From NCBI GenBank assembly GCA_000002435.2, contig CM018793.1: a stretch of 64,000 nucleotides of DNA; one strand, 5' to 3'. The DNA comes from Giardia intestinalis. Lineage: Eukaryota. Position numbers and translations under genes: made by a program. Below the pieces are notes generated by a model, which saw only the letters and a list, made by a program, of their open reading frames with translations, ran no database searches and had not been told where the DNA came from. Below are positions 1-12,800 of this stretch, piece by piece; position 1 is the stretch's first letter, and every line of letters starts with the position of its first letter.

Positions 1-1
1 G

Positions 2-862
2 TCTCGCGCACACATGGTGCATTCTAATATCGCTACCGACGTGGCCACCATTCATGACGGGCTTCTAGATGCAGAGACCCAGAGATCTATGGGGGATATC
101 GCAGAAGAGTATTATTCCAAGCAGCACTATACCCGCCAGCAGCTTGAAGCGGTGGCCGTCGCTTCGTGTGAAGCAGCTCTGGCTCGTGCAAAGCCAGAGC
201 TTGTTCATATTGAGCTCGACCCGGCGTCAGGCACTGTCAGCGCAGTGACATATACAGCTAGGGGAGATTCTGCTTCTGTTCATTCCTTGAAACTTGTATT
301 CTTGCCTCCTGCTGCGGTCCCTGTTTCTTTCTGTGAAGATGAACAGCTAATCAGATACAATCGGACGAAACTTCCATCTCTTCGCTCCTGCTTTCGCGAT
401 GCCGGTCTCTTAACCTCTGGGACAACCAGTGCAATGAGCGACGGCGCTGTCGCAATAGCGCTAGTAGCCCCAACCTATGAAGGAAGCCTTGCACCATGTG
501 AGCCACAAGCAGAAGTTCTTGGATACTTCTATCTGGTTACATCCGGGTTAGAATATCTCAGAGCGCCGATAGATGCAGCATGCGCGTTATCTTCCTTGCT
601 CGCGCTACCGCGATCAGACATCTCCTGTATCCGCATTACCGAAGCGTTTGCTGGCTTAGTTCTAGACATACAAGTAGAGTTTCCCGATTCAGTCGTTAAT
701 AAGAATGGAGACGCACTTGCCTATGGTCACCCTCTAGCTGCTAGTTCGTGCAGAATTGTCGGAGACCTCATGCAGGACTTAGAGCCAGGATGCATTGGTT
801 TGGCGTGTGCATGCAATGGTGGTGGAGGTGGTTATGCAGTCTGTCTCCGTAGAATCCGGTAA
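2..862 (+). CDS. Acetyl-CoA C-acetyltransferase (thiolase), C-terminal ~287 codons. The 5' end is cut by the window edge.
   Basis: The reading frame is open from position 2, and ORF 14..862 is internal to it. The C-terminus carries the thiolase signature NKNGDALAYGHPLAASSCRIVGDLMQDLEPG...GLACACNGGGGGYAVCL, compare N.NGGAIALGHPLGASGARI...C.GGG.G.A. Upstream motifs LTSGTTSAMSDGAVAIALV and ITEAFAG match thiolase GTVTAGN.S..DGAAA and NEAFA. Confidence 0.6.
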   Translation, partial: SRAHMVHSNIATDVATIHDGLLDAETQRSMGDIAEEYYSKQHYTRQQLEAVAVASCEAALARAKPELVHIELDPASGTVSAVTYTARGDSASVHSLKLVFLPPAAVPVSFCEDEQLIRYNRTKLPSLRSCFRDAGLLTSGTTSAMSDGAVAIALVAPTYEGSLAPCEPQAEVLGYFYLVTSGLEYLRAPIDAACALSSLLALPRSDISCIRITEAFAGLVLDIQVEFPDSVVNKNGDALAYGHPLAASSCRIVGDLMQDLEPGCIGLACACNGGGGGYAVCLRRIR

Positions 863-871
863 AGCAGAGGT

Positions 872-3800
872 TTACTTGGTCACCGTAATTGTTCCGCTGG
901 CAGGGGGGCGTGTGCATTTTCCGATTAATGGCACAACCCAGAAGCCACCTTGCTTATTGTATACGACAAGGCTTGCGCTATACTCTCCGAAGCTTTGGGG
1001 CGAAAACTTGAGAGAAATAGTAAACGGCTGACCATACGATGCCGCCACCTCGGCCGATGTTAATCCAAAACAAGCAAGATTGTTCTGAATAGCCTTACCA
1101 TCGACGATTCCTAACACTGTTTCTCTCGTCTTGGTTGACACAGCCCCGCTGGCTGTCTTCTTCGAAATAAGCTCATTGATACCTGCTATGTCATGCATTT
1201 CAGTTAGCCCAAGGGCATACACGATTTTCTCCGTCGGCTTTGGCCTGAGATTATTCACAAGGGTAATCGTGAATGGAAGAGTAGTCCCCACGTCAGCCTG
1301 AACCTTCATAGGAGAGGACGGCCGTGGGATGTAACACATAAGCTCAAGAGTGTAATCAACCCGGCACAGCTCGCTCTTCTCCACACCGCTTAAAATTGTT
1401 GATACACCGAAAGACACCTTTGTATTGATAGCCCCCGAGTCAAAGGGGACATATGGATTGAACTTGACTTTGAATGAGTAGGTGCTCGTCTTGTTGTTGA
1501 ACGTAACTGTCTCTGGTGTAATCGTAAGATCATCACGATCATTTGTGGCAGTAAGTGTGAGGGAAGAAATAGTCTTGTTACTGAGAAGAGGGTTTGGTAT
1601 AGTGATGAGCTTCTCCACAGGGTCGCGCACAGTTGTCTCCAGGGCAGCGCGGCCAACAACTGGTGCCCCGCCAGATTCAAAGACAAAGCGATAAATAAGC
1701 TTCTCGTTCGTTTCATGTGCCACAAAAGATAGGGTTCCTGCAAATAGCTTTCCAGATATAAACGGCATAAACCCTAGCTCTATATTCCGAACTGCTCCTA
1801 TAGCGGGAGCATCCACTATCTCCGGATAGTTCAGCTGGCAGAAGGTGCTGAGAGAAGAATCTAGGAACTGGACATCAACGGTGAAGCGCTGCATTCGCTT
1901 TTCCCAATTCCGCAGAGGGAAGGAGAATGTAGTATACCGATAACAAGTGGCCTCCACACCTGTGCAGATGGTCCTCTGGGCCTTTGTGAGGGTATCAATA
2001 AAGCTCTGGGGAAGGCCCTGTGGCACGCCTGCCACTGACGTCTGCTTTCCTTTGTCCTTCCCAACTATAGCCACAGACGCTCCCGATTTGCCAATTAGGT
2101 CGTTGTAATCTGCCTCTTGCATATTAGTAATCACAGCTTCATCCATAGGCTGCCCAACCGTTCCATGCAGGGCCCATATACTTGCCCCTCCATCTGCACC
2201 TGCAATGTAGAGGTCAGCACGATGCAAGTCAGCAGTAGCAAGAGGACTATACATGACCTTAAAATCCATTCCGCCTGGTGGTATACTGAGCCGCTCCGGA
2301 ACCTGGAATTGTCTGGCGTCTGGTCCGTCCAGAATAGAACGTACGACAAAGACAGAATCTGTGTTGTTGTCAACGTGTAGTATGGTGAATGTAGATTCAC
2401 GGGCATTGCAGGACATATGGACTTCTTGGGCGTTAGGTGCTGCCTCCATAGATGCCTTGTCAAGACATACACAGCGAAGGGTGGCTTCCCCGACTACAAT
2501 CATCTTCCCCTCCAGTGTGCACTCTACGGGGATGCTGGGGATAAAGTGCCGGCAAACCTGCTGTGGGGAAAACTTCACTGTGATAGTAGCGTTCGTTCCA
2601 ACTGGAATAAGTCCCGAGACAGGACTAATCGTTACCACCCCCTTCTCAAAAAGCTCCAGAAGGCTCTTCTTAACGAGACCCTTTGGAGGGACAGAGATGG
2701 TATAACGTAGCTCTGTATCGCCAGTATTTTCGATGAAGAAGTTTCTGGACACAAAGGAGTTTATAATACATGGGGGCATCTCTATATTCTGATTTATAAG
2801 CTTTGCTGATGAGCCCAAGACTGCGCCTTTAATGCTGATAATGCTATCAAAAATGATACTATCTTCAATGCTAATCGAGGCCGAAATCTGGAACTGCGGT
2901 GTCCGAGAAACCGGACTGTGCATGATCATAATTGTGCAGAGTTGATTTGGAAGCATTTCACTCTCCTTAGGGAGCCCTGTCAAATAGATTTGCTTAGTGT
3001 TTCTATTGCTCCAGTTATCAAGCATATCCATGCACTTATTAAAGTAATCGTGGTATTGCTCTGTAGGGACTATTGCCAAGAAAAGTCCCTTAGGGACTTC
3101 ATCTGAAGAGACGTCATTGACCGCTACACGCGCATGCATAGTGGCGCTCGTTGTATTCTTGATATTAACGGCCTTGATAATTGGCGGGCTGGAAAGCGAG
3201 GTGCTTCCCAAATTAATAACAGTTAGCGCATGCGACGTACTGAGATTGCTGTAAGAATTGATAAGAGATCCACTCAACACATCATGCAGAGCAAAGCTGC
3301 AATCAATACCTTGACCTGTCAAAGGATAGCGCAACTTATAGAGCCCGTTGACCATAACGGTAAGCATGTCCTTGAACTTTCCGGCGTAGCCGGGTATAAA
3401 CTTGATTGCTACATCATGTGTCCTTCCAACGCGTAGAGGCTCAGAAAGAGGTGGAGTATCGATGAAGAAGTCGTTTGTTCCGAGGAAGTATTCCATGGTA
3501 AGTGGCTGAGTATCCCTGTTCACAAAGGAAATGACCCTTGGAGCATACTTATCGTGGCGGAGAGAATTCAACATGGCTCCATAATCCAAGCGAGTTATTT
3601 CCGTATGCAGCCCAGGCTTCAGCCCAGTTCCTAGAAGTTGCAACTCTTGTGACCCACAGCCCTCTACACTGACCGTGAAGGTTAGACCGAAATCCTTAGT
3701 AAGTCGCAGTTCCAAAGTAGGTTGAAACTTCAGGGTTATGAAGACATGATCTCCTGGTTTGATAGTTTGCTTAGATGTTGCGTTGGTTTCCTTATCTCCA

Positions 3801-6800
3801 TCCGAGGTTTCCACTTCATACTCAAGACAGCTTTTAGCCCGTTTAAATTCTACTTCGTCACGCCTTGCAGTAGAATTATGACGCTTCAGAGAAAGAATGC
3901 ATGTATATCCTATCGTGTGGGAGCCAATATTTGAGAGCCTGAGTGTTCGTGAACGGTAATCCGAAACAAATACGGTTTCAAAATTAAGCTCACTGTGCGA
4001 GCCTAGCTGGTGGGGAAGGCCAACTGGGGTGTCTGGAAGGAGCTCAAGAAGATGCTTTGCATTAAATGACTCATATTTGACATTGAGGGAAAGCGGTACA
4101 GACCGTCGCGGCATCACAATTTTTATCAGTTGATTGATGCGTCCCTCGCATGTAGGCTTCACAGTGAATAGTATAGACGTTGTCGACAGGGGCTGAAGTA
4201 TTCCCGCTGTCGGAGTAATGGTGCACTGGAAGGATGCATTGGCACTATCATCGTCCACCATGTTCTTAGCAGGTTGCGCTAGGCGAATCTTATAATTCAT
4301 TGGATACTTTTCAGTATTAGTCAAGCTCACTTCCTTGGTAGCACAATCACCAACAAGAATGGGATTGAATGACAACTTATTAGTGCTTAGTATAACCTCC
4401 GGCTCAGTGGGCCGCCCGACAACGAGTAGAGGCAACGTAACATCATGTTGAGGAATGCGAAGTATAAAGAAGCCCTCCTCAACTCCAGCACGAGTGCTCT
4501 CTCTGGTGGGGGTATAATCGAAGCGTATGATAGAGGTTTCGCCAGGCGATACGCGGCCACCGGCGCCGAATGTCGACACTATACTGGAGTTGCTTTCGGG
4601 AAGGCGCTGCAGCGTTACATCGTACGGCTGATTAATGCAGTTCAGAACGGTGATATGGTTCGTGATAGTAATCCCAACACCCTGTCCGAGTATTTCTAAG
4701 ACCTTCACTGACTTCGGATTAGAACAAATCAAATTGGCAAATGATTGCGGGGTCTTCATAGAGCCGGGGCGCATCGTCTGGAGGTACACATTGTTGCTGT
4801 TGCATTCTAGATGACAGACAGGCAGGATGGCCATAGCTGAGAGAGACAACGATATGTTGCCAGCAGTGGAGGCGAACACTTCATGATGAGCTCCAGGGAA
4901 GCGAGGCTCATAAGAAATATTATATCGTATCAGGTACCGGTTGATATTTGGATTGCTCGATGTTAGTGCAGTTTGGAGAGCGTTTAAGGCGTTCTTGTCT
5001 ATCTGGGTCTTTGCTCCTATACCAACCTTTGCCATAAGCCCGGAGATAGAGGGAATTTCTGGCAAGGTCGGATAGTACTCACGAACAAGGGAAGCCAGTA
5101 AATCAGGCCTTGCAGGAACCATGGCAATCTCGGTTTTTCCATCGAGAACAGGCTCAACAAGATAGGGACTCTCGGGTTGTGATGTAGCCATAGAATTGAA
5201 TATGACAACAGGACTTGTCTGTGAATCGTTAAGCAGATAGAAGGCAGCAGCAGACTTTTGAAGGATTGGTGTGCTAACCATTGGGAACTCCAAAAGTGAG
5301 TATCCATTGACGCTATCAGCTTTCAATGTCAGCGGCTCTAAGTCTCCAGTTGACGAGCTACTAAAGCACTTAACTGAAAAGTCACCCGCAAAGCCGAAGA
5401 GGTTAAGCTCGAGAAAACTCGACGCCAATGCAATACGGTTGTCCGGCGCATGGATATCAGATAGCACCTTCTGAAGCAAAGCCTGTCTATCAGCAGGGTG
5501 AGCAGCCTTGGTGGACGCCTGCGATGGTCCTTTTCCAGTACGTGGCAAACCGTCGGTAAGATCTCGGGATGAGACCATTTCTTCGAGCAGGCTCCTTACC
5601 TCATCCTCATCTAGATAAACCTGATATTCTGGCTCTGGACAGACAGTCTCTGTGCGAACAGCAACACCGTTAGCATTTGTCACGTAACTTATCGTTGTTT
5701 GAGCATTGTCCCAGTCATTAACGCGTCGCCCTGGCTGGAACATGATTGGGTAATAGCGACAAATCAAGGGAGTGCCGAACAGCACTGTCTGACCATATTT
5801 TGACGGCATTTTCTTGGTTTTTAGCGGTGCTGCCTTACCTCCAGGCACACTGAAAAGAGAAGCAAACTCATCAGCGTTCCCTGGGCAAGTGAGACGAAGG
5901 ATAATCGTCTTCTTTGCCCCTGCATGGATGTGGCCTATTGATGGGTGAACAATTACACCAAGCTTCCGGCAAAGATCTATGTTGAATTCAAATCGGATGT
6001 GGTTTGTACTGGTGTTCTGTAAGATAACCTCTGTATTATATATTGCCGAGGTGAGAGTGGTCATATATTGTGGAATTGGCGGCGGAGAGCTAACAGACAT
6101 TGATGAACTTTGTGAGGGTCTGCTTTTCGGCCGTGCGTTGCTAGGCTCTGTAGATGGCAGTGATGTCTCGCCGAACTTCTCTTCTTCCGAGCCTGCCAAG
6201 TTAAGAGGGAGATCTTTGAGATAGACATTGGCTCGATTGCTGATTGCCTGATTGAAGTGTACATCTCCATACGTAGAGATCTGGTTTTGGCGTAGCTGCT
6301 CGTATGCCTTACTATCCGACAGATGGCTGAGAATCGTCTCAGTCAGCTGTTCTGCCTTAGGGTTGCCAAATGTCCCAAATAGTAGAGCAGTGGTTTCTTT
6401 ATACATGATTTGTATAGCTGTGCTTATAAACCGGCCCTCTATGGCGTTCAGCTTGCTAGAAATGGCGATACACTGGAGAGGAATCTCCGCGACGTTATAG
6501 TCCACGAAGCTCGTCATAACCTTGAGGGTCAGTGTTGCAGTAATAACTTCCCCATTAGGGAATTTGGCCAACGCGGCTGTGTTTGGGGCTATGGTAAAAT
6601 AGTTCTTCGTTGACGCCGGAAGAACGACAAGGCCTGTAAAAAGCCTTCCTTGTGGAATGGGCTCCTTGACATGTATCTCCTCCCCATCCTCTATAACAGG
6701 ATCAGAGGAGCCACGGCCCTGTGATTGCAAAATCACGAAGCAGTCCGCGTGGCGCATATCTTGTGAACTGATGACGATTGCATAAGATGCACTGACGCGG

Positions 6801-9800
6801 CCCGTATTTAAAATGGATATAGGATGTGTTGGAAGGTCCATTTCTGATGCCCCAACAGTAATTTTCCCCAGGTTAACAAACTGTGGGCTGAAGGACACCT
6901 CTGGAAGAACGCCCGTTGCCTCAGCAATAAAGGAGAAGCGGCGACGAGCTACGTCCTGTTCCTGAAGCCCGTCCTCAAGCTGCTGAAGAATGACGTGATC
7001 TTGAGGAGGCATCCCCTTTCCGGTAGGCTGCTTGGATCCTCCACTTTGGAGCTGGGCCAATCCAAAGATTCCGGGGAGGTTGTTCTTTATCAGATCCACC
7101 ACCGCAAAATGATGATCTACAACAACGCAGATAACTTGACAACGGGAAACAACCTGTGCAGAGGGAAAGTACTTGAGCGTCACGTAGGTACTCTCGTTTG
7201 GTAGCAATCGGAAGAAATCATTTTCCAACGACCACGCCTCATTATCGTTCGTGACAAGCGTTGTATCCTTCTTGTCACCAGACGGTTTCGGCGGTTTTGC
7301 TGCTTGTTGAGATGATCTCTCTTGAGAGGAAGGCGTGGCACTCTCCCTTTTGGCATTCTTCTTCAGATTTGCTGATACAAAGTTAACAATCTGCGTGCTT
7401 GTTTCCCCGCAGCGCTCGCTAATCACACCATCAAGAGCTTGCGGAGTCATCCTAGTCTGATCAAAATTAAGAAATATGGCTACTGTGCACGGAACAGAAT
7501 ATGGATTGGTAACTTTAATCCTCTCAGAAAGCTCGCTGCCAATGACACAAGGACCAAGACAGAATATCTTGCTGATAGGTGAAAACGTCGGGCCGCCAAC
7601 AAGCATACTTGGGTTGGCCGGAAGCTGGTTCGATAAGGCTTGCTCTTCAAAGATGTTAGAGTAATTAGACGTTACTATTCCTGGTATTATAGATATTGCC
7701 GATAAAGAGTAGCGCAATAAAGGAAGATTCGTCACGTAGTATTGCAGTTTGGCAAGCCTTTGCTGGACATCCTCATTTTTCGAAATGTAGGTTTGTAAGA
7801 TACTTGGTGCAGTCTTAGCGGAGTCGTTCAGCGAAGCTAATAGAGAAGCAAGGAAAGTCTCCGTCAATGCTGAGCCACCAAAGTAATCTGGAGGCTTGTT
7901 GGTGTAGTCTATGATGAAGTAGTCGCGCCAGTTTCCATTTGCCTGTGATGTGAATGTCACCGTCACCTCTCGAGACTCCTGAGGAGCTAGGTGCAAGAGA
8001 GAAGGTTGTATGATGAATGGCCCAGAGCGGAGCGCAGCTATTGATGCCAGATTAATAGTTGTGGCTGCAGAGCTTCTCTTTTCTACGCTTTTTGATTGTG
8101 CTTTTTGCTCTGTTGACGGGCGAATGAGGCCATTTTCAACGCATAATCTGTATAGCTCGTGAACCGTCTCTAAATGAACACCAAACTGACGTAACGCAGA
8201 AGCATCCAATTCAGAATTGGTTGCCTTTTTTGCATGATCACTGAACGGGCTAGCTTCACCGAAGAGCAGCCATCGTTTTATTACCTGCTCCAAGGGCTCG
8301 ATATAAAGGAGGAATGGGAAATGTCCTTCGTTGCGTATTGAAATCGTCTTTGAAACAACTTTTCCATGCGGGTGCTCGCCGAAGACAATATTCCGTTCTG
8401 GCTGAATCTTGGCCTGGCTAAAGACAGCCTCAGCTGTAAGGTTAACATTGTTTCGCGCCAACATAAGATTTGTGAGAGGCTCAAAAAATGTGACCTGGAG
8501 GATTGGTACCTTTTCATAGATTCGGGCCTCGGGCGCACGGAAGATTAAACTGATCCTAACTTTGCTTGTAGAGGACTCAGAGGCTCCCTTGCCTTGTTTC
8601 TGTGGAGGGTTAGGGCGACTGGACGGCCTATTGGATTCGTCAACTCCGAGAGTGCCACTTTGGATTGTCACCAGTTTGTACATATCTGGATCAATGGGAC
8701 GTGTCTGTGCTGGTGCAGATGACTCTTGCTTCTTGCCTCGCTCTGCTTTTTCTCTTGAATCAGAGTCTTCTATGAGGAAGATTACGTCTTTAAAGCTTTT
8801 GCTGACAACGATTTTGTAGCCAACTTGATAAGGTCCGTTGTTGACAAGCATGAGCTCGGCCTTGAAATACACAAGTGCCCGTACAATCCCAAGATTTAGA
8901 TTGTTGTTCGGTTTAGTTGTATCAAAGGCCGACTCACCGCTCTGAACGGCAGATGGTATCCTGTCCGGACTTTCTGAAATGCCCACAATAGTCGTAAAAA
9001 CATCTACCTTGTGTGATTCGCATATGATATTTAGGGCATGCTCAACGACAGGGTCTAAAAATGCACGTCCAAGTGCATCGAGAGTTGGTAGTCTGGGCCC
9101 GTTGGCCCTTGACTTGTCAACAAGGACGTCGTTTTCGGGAACATTTTTGAGCCCACCTACATGCTGCCGAACAAGCAACTTTCCAGGCATGACTATTCGT
9201 GCTTCTGTGGGACTTGAGTACTCAACATTGAGTACCTTCCTCTCTCCCGGACCAAGATAGAAGCGAGCGTTATTGATCAGAAGGGAATTGTTGACTCTCC
9301 AAGAATATTGTTGGTCGGCAATTCTCGTTGATCTGGGGTACTTCGTGGTCTTGACGGAAGACTTTACAAGGTACTCGGGATAATTAACGACCTGGGTTAC
9401 TGCTGTAAGCATAGAGAGTTCCGTGTGCATAGGACAATACTCGACCATAAGGGGCAGCTGGCTAGTATTTTCAATTGGGATTTCTAAGGACTCAGTCGTA
9501 CTCGTTGGAACGCGGGGGACAAGAAGGTTGTTCAATTGATAGAGGTTCTCGTGAGCCGGATCCTTCCCCTTGGTAGGTGCTTTGGATGCATTCTTTGAGC
9601 CAGATACGATGTCTTTAGCATCTAGCTTATAGCCATTGGCCAAATAACGCGTGCTATTTGCTGCTAAGTCGTCGACATCCTTAGAAATATTACTACACGG
9701 TAAGAGGTCTTCAGCACACTCAGGTAGGCTATATTCAATACGGGGGGTCTGTCCTGCGCAGCTGAACCCGATGGCTAGGTAACTAGGGTTACCATTGACA

Positions 9801-12800
9801 CCTATGAAGAGGGTTTCCTTATAGCTCTTGTCTTCTGGAGGAAAGCATGTGATATAAATGGCAGACCGCTCACCTGGCTGGAGAGTCAATCTGTATGGAT
9901 AAACAACGAACACTGGTTCCACATCGGCAACTGGTGCTCCCTTGGTACCAGGCTTACCTTGCTGCTTTGTTCCGCTCTTACTTGTTTGAAGGGATCCATC
10001 GAATAGTAAATCTTGAAGGGAAAGGGTTGGATCTGTAGATGAGAAGACCTTCTGCAGGCCTTCTTTAACAACAGAGACGACTTCATCGGAAGAGAAGTTA
10101 ATCTCGGTGCCTCTACTGCTGTTAGCATGCGTTAGTTCTGCGAGTCCATGGAGCATGCTATCAAAGATAAAGGCCACGGTAACGGGGAAGTAGCTGTCAT
10201 TGATTATGCTGAGCACCTCCATATGTTGTGGCGTAAATTTGCATATGGTGTCAGCAATAAACTTGCACGCCCTCTGATGGGTTAGAGTATCCAGCTTAGT
10301 CAGAAGACAAGATGGTGATGCTTCAGGCTTATTTCCCTGGTTCTGCCCTTCATCCTTTGGTAATGCAGAGACAGAGGATGACGGCCGTGATCGTACCTTA
10401 GTCGAGGGGCGTTGCTTTGTGCCTGGCATAACGTCAAGAGGGGCCTCAGATGCAGCGTATGGATTGGAAAAGGCTGAGCTCATGGAAAAGAACTCTGGTC
10501 TCTGAAGGCCTGATCGTAAATATCCAAATCCAAAAAGGGCAACGGGCTCCCCTGGCCGAGGCTTTACTGAAACCTCAGCTGGTCGCTGCACAATTGCAAC
10601 TGGCTCCCCTTTCTGATCTGAATCATTAAAGTTAGGGGTTTGTGATACTTCCGCGGCAGCACTTGATTCATCGGGCCCAGGTTGTGTGCCAGATGTTGTA
10701 AGCATGGCTGTAGACATTCCATCTGGTAAAGGAGTGAGAGACTTTCCATTCTTCGTCGCAGTACGGGCCGTAAATATGACGTTCAACTGCTCTATTATAT
10801 GGGGGAAGTCACATTTGCAGACAAATACAAGCGGGAAAACAGTGCTGCAGCCTCGAACACCAAAGTGCACCCGAAGCTTTGTGGTAAGAATGCTATTGGA
10901 GACAAAGCGGAACCCAACGCGTAGGCTGGAATGAGGCTTGAGAATCCAGCGAGTAGATCCCATCTCGCTTGGAAAATCCACGCCACTGAAAAGGGTCCGT
11001 ATGTTTGTCTCAGCGTTGTCCTTTGCCGCCTGTTTTTCTGCCAAACTTTGAGATAGTTGCTTTGCGTTAGCTCCCTTACTAGACAAGGACGCCTGCAAGT
11101 CCTTTATCTCTGCGCAAATAGTCTGCACTTGTTTCTGAGCGTCTTGGAACGAGTAGATGGTAGAAGAATTTGCTGGCAAGACACGGGCGATGCGCTTGAA
11201 AGTCTGTTCGTGTTCATATTGAAAGACCGCAGCATCATACAGGCACTCAAGCATCACCTTGGGGGACATGAATTCCTTATTCATAATGGCACCTGTGACA
11301 TGCTTAAGGGTTGCGAATGCTGGTGAGCGCGCATACTTCTGAAGCATTTTGTTCAGCACCTGGATCGGCGTCTTGGACGTGCGCGACTTCTTTCGATCTG
11401 TGACTTCAAGGGATTCCACAGCTGGAGCAACGGACTCGACATCTGCGCCTGCATCTGTAACAGCCATAGTTCGCTCGGGGTCAGGGATGTCGCTCTCATC
11501 ACTTGCAATTCCGCTAAAGCTCTCCTGTTTGTAGTCGGCAGCATCAAATATAACATCCAGTATCCTCTGGATAGTTTCTATAACGTAAAGGTCATCGCTT
11601 GTCTGCACGTGGAGAAAGCTTGTAAAGGTTCCTTGCCCAGAGATACTTTGCGCAGAGGAATACGTGGCTAAGTTGGTTAGCTTTTTCTGAAGAATCGAGG
11701 TATAGCAAGTATAGGCTTTGCGGACGCGGTGAAGAATCTCTTCAAGGGTCGAGGTTGGATCGATGCGATTTGACGCAGTGGTGTCCATGTACGTCACCAG
11801 AAACATATTTTCTTCATTGATCTTAGTAACAGGGTGTGGAGGAAGAGCTTTTTCAAGCTCAGCCACGACTTTAGTTGCCTCATCGACGGCCTGCTGCAGT
11901 CTTTTCTGGTCTGCCTTCTTTGCTTGTGAAAGCGCTTCCTGAGCTTGCTTCAGCGTATCAAGGGCCTTTTTGTAACTTGCCTCTTCAGGGGAGAAGCTAT
12001 CCATAGATCCTGATGAGCTTCTATAGGCGTCGATGCTAGTTTTGTGCGCTAGGGTGACTAGTTCCTTAATAGCGTGAAGCGCAGAATTAATAAGGGGAAC
12101 AGACTTCAAGTACATTTGATGGGCAGCGCCGTGGGGATCATCGACAACGAAAACAGTGTCATAGAAGGGCGTAACATATGTCGCAGCAGATGCACCAGGT
12201 CCTTGCTCGTCTCCATTAGCCACGGCATCTGTGACAGTGGTTGCAGCAGGGCCTAGATCGGAATCAGATAAGGCAGGAATCTTCTGTCTGGGCGAAAGAG
12301 ATGCTTCTTTTGGCTCCTTAGAATGCAGGGCAAGCTCCTTATCATATTGCTTCTTGGCGCCGGAAAGAGCTAATCTAACCATAGAAATCTTGGTCTCTGC
12401 TTTGCGTGTCTCTGCTGGCTCTGTTTCATCTTGAACTGGCACCCCCATTTCGACGCTTTTATAGTCATTGACAAGGATCTCCATGGCTCTGCGGCGACTA
12501 TCAACTGGAGAGCAGTCCAGGATTATTGTATGGAAAAGTAGCCGTGAAGACACATTCTGTGCAGAGTAAAAGATCGGTTTCATGAAGTGCTTTACAGATG
12601 CCTTTGCAATGACTATGATTGCATCCCCGACATCTCGGACGGCGCTACACGTTAGTGAATCAAAGATAAGCCCGGTTAGACTGTGAGTATAACTAGTTCC
12701 ACCTTCATCTGCCGTTATACCCTCCAATGACGTAGTCCTCGCTCCAAACGTCTCTACGATTGATGTATATAGTGAGTCTGCAAGGGCATCGAGGTAGTCC

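Noticed and set aside
14-862. ORF 14..862 taken as a complete 282-aa gene
   Set aside because: The frame is open back to position 2, and the sequence is the C-terminal two-thirds of a thiolase. The true start is upstream of the window.
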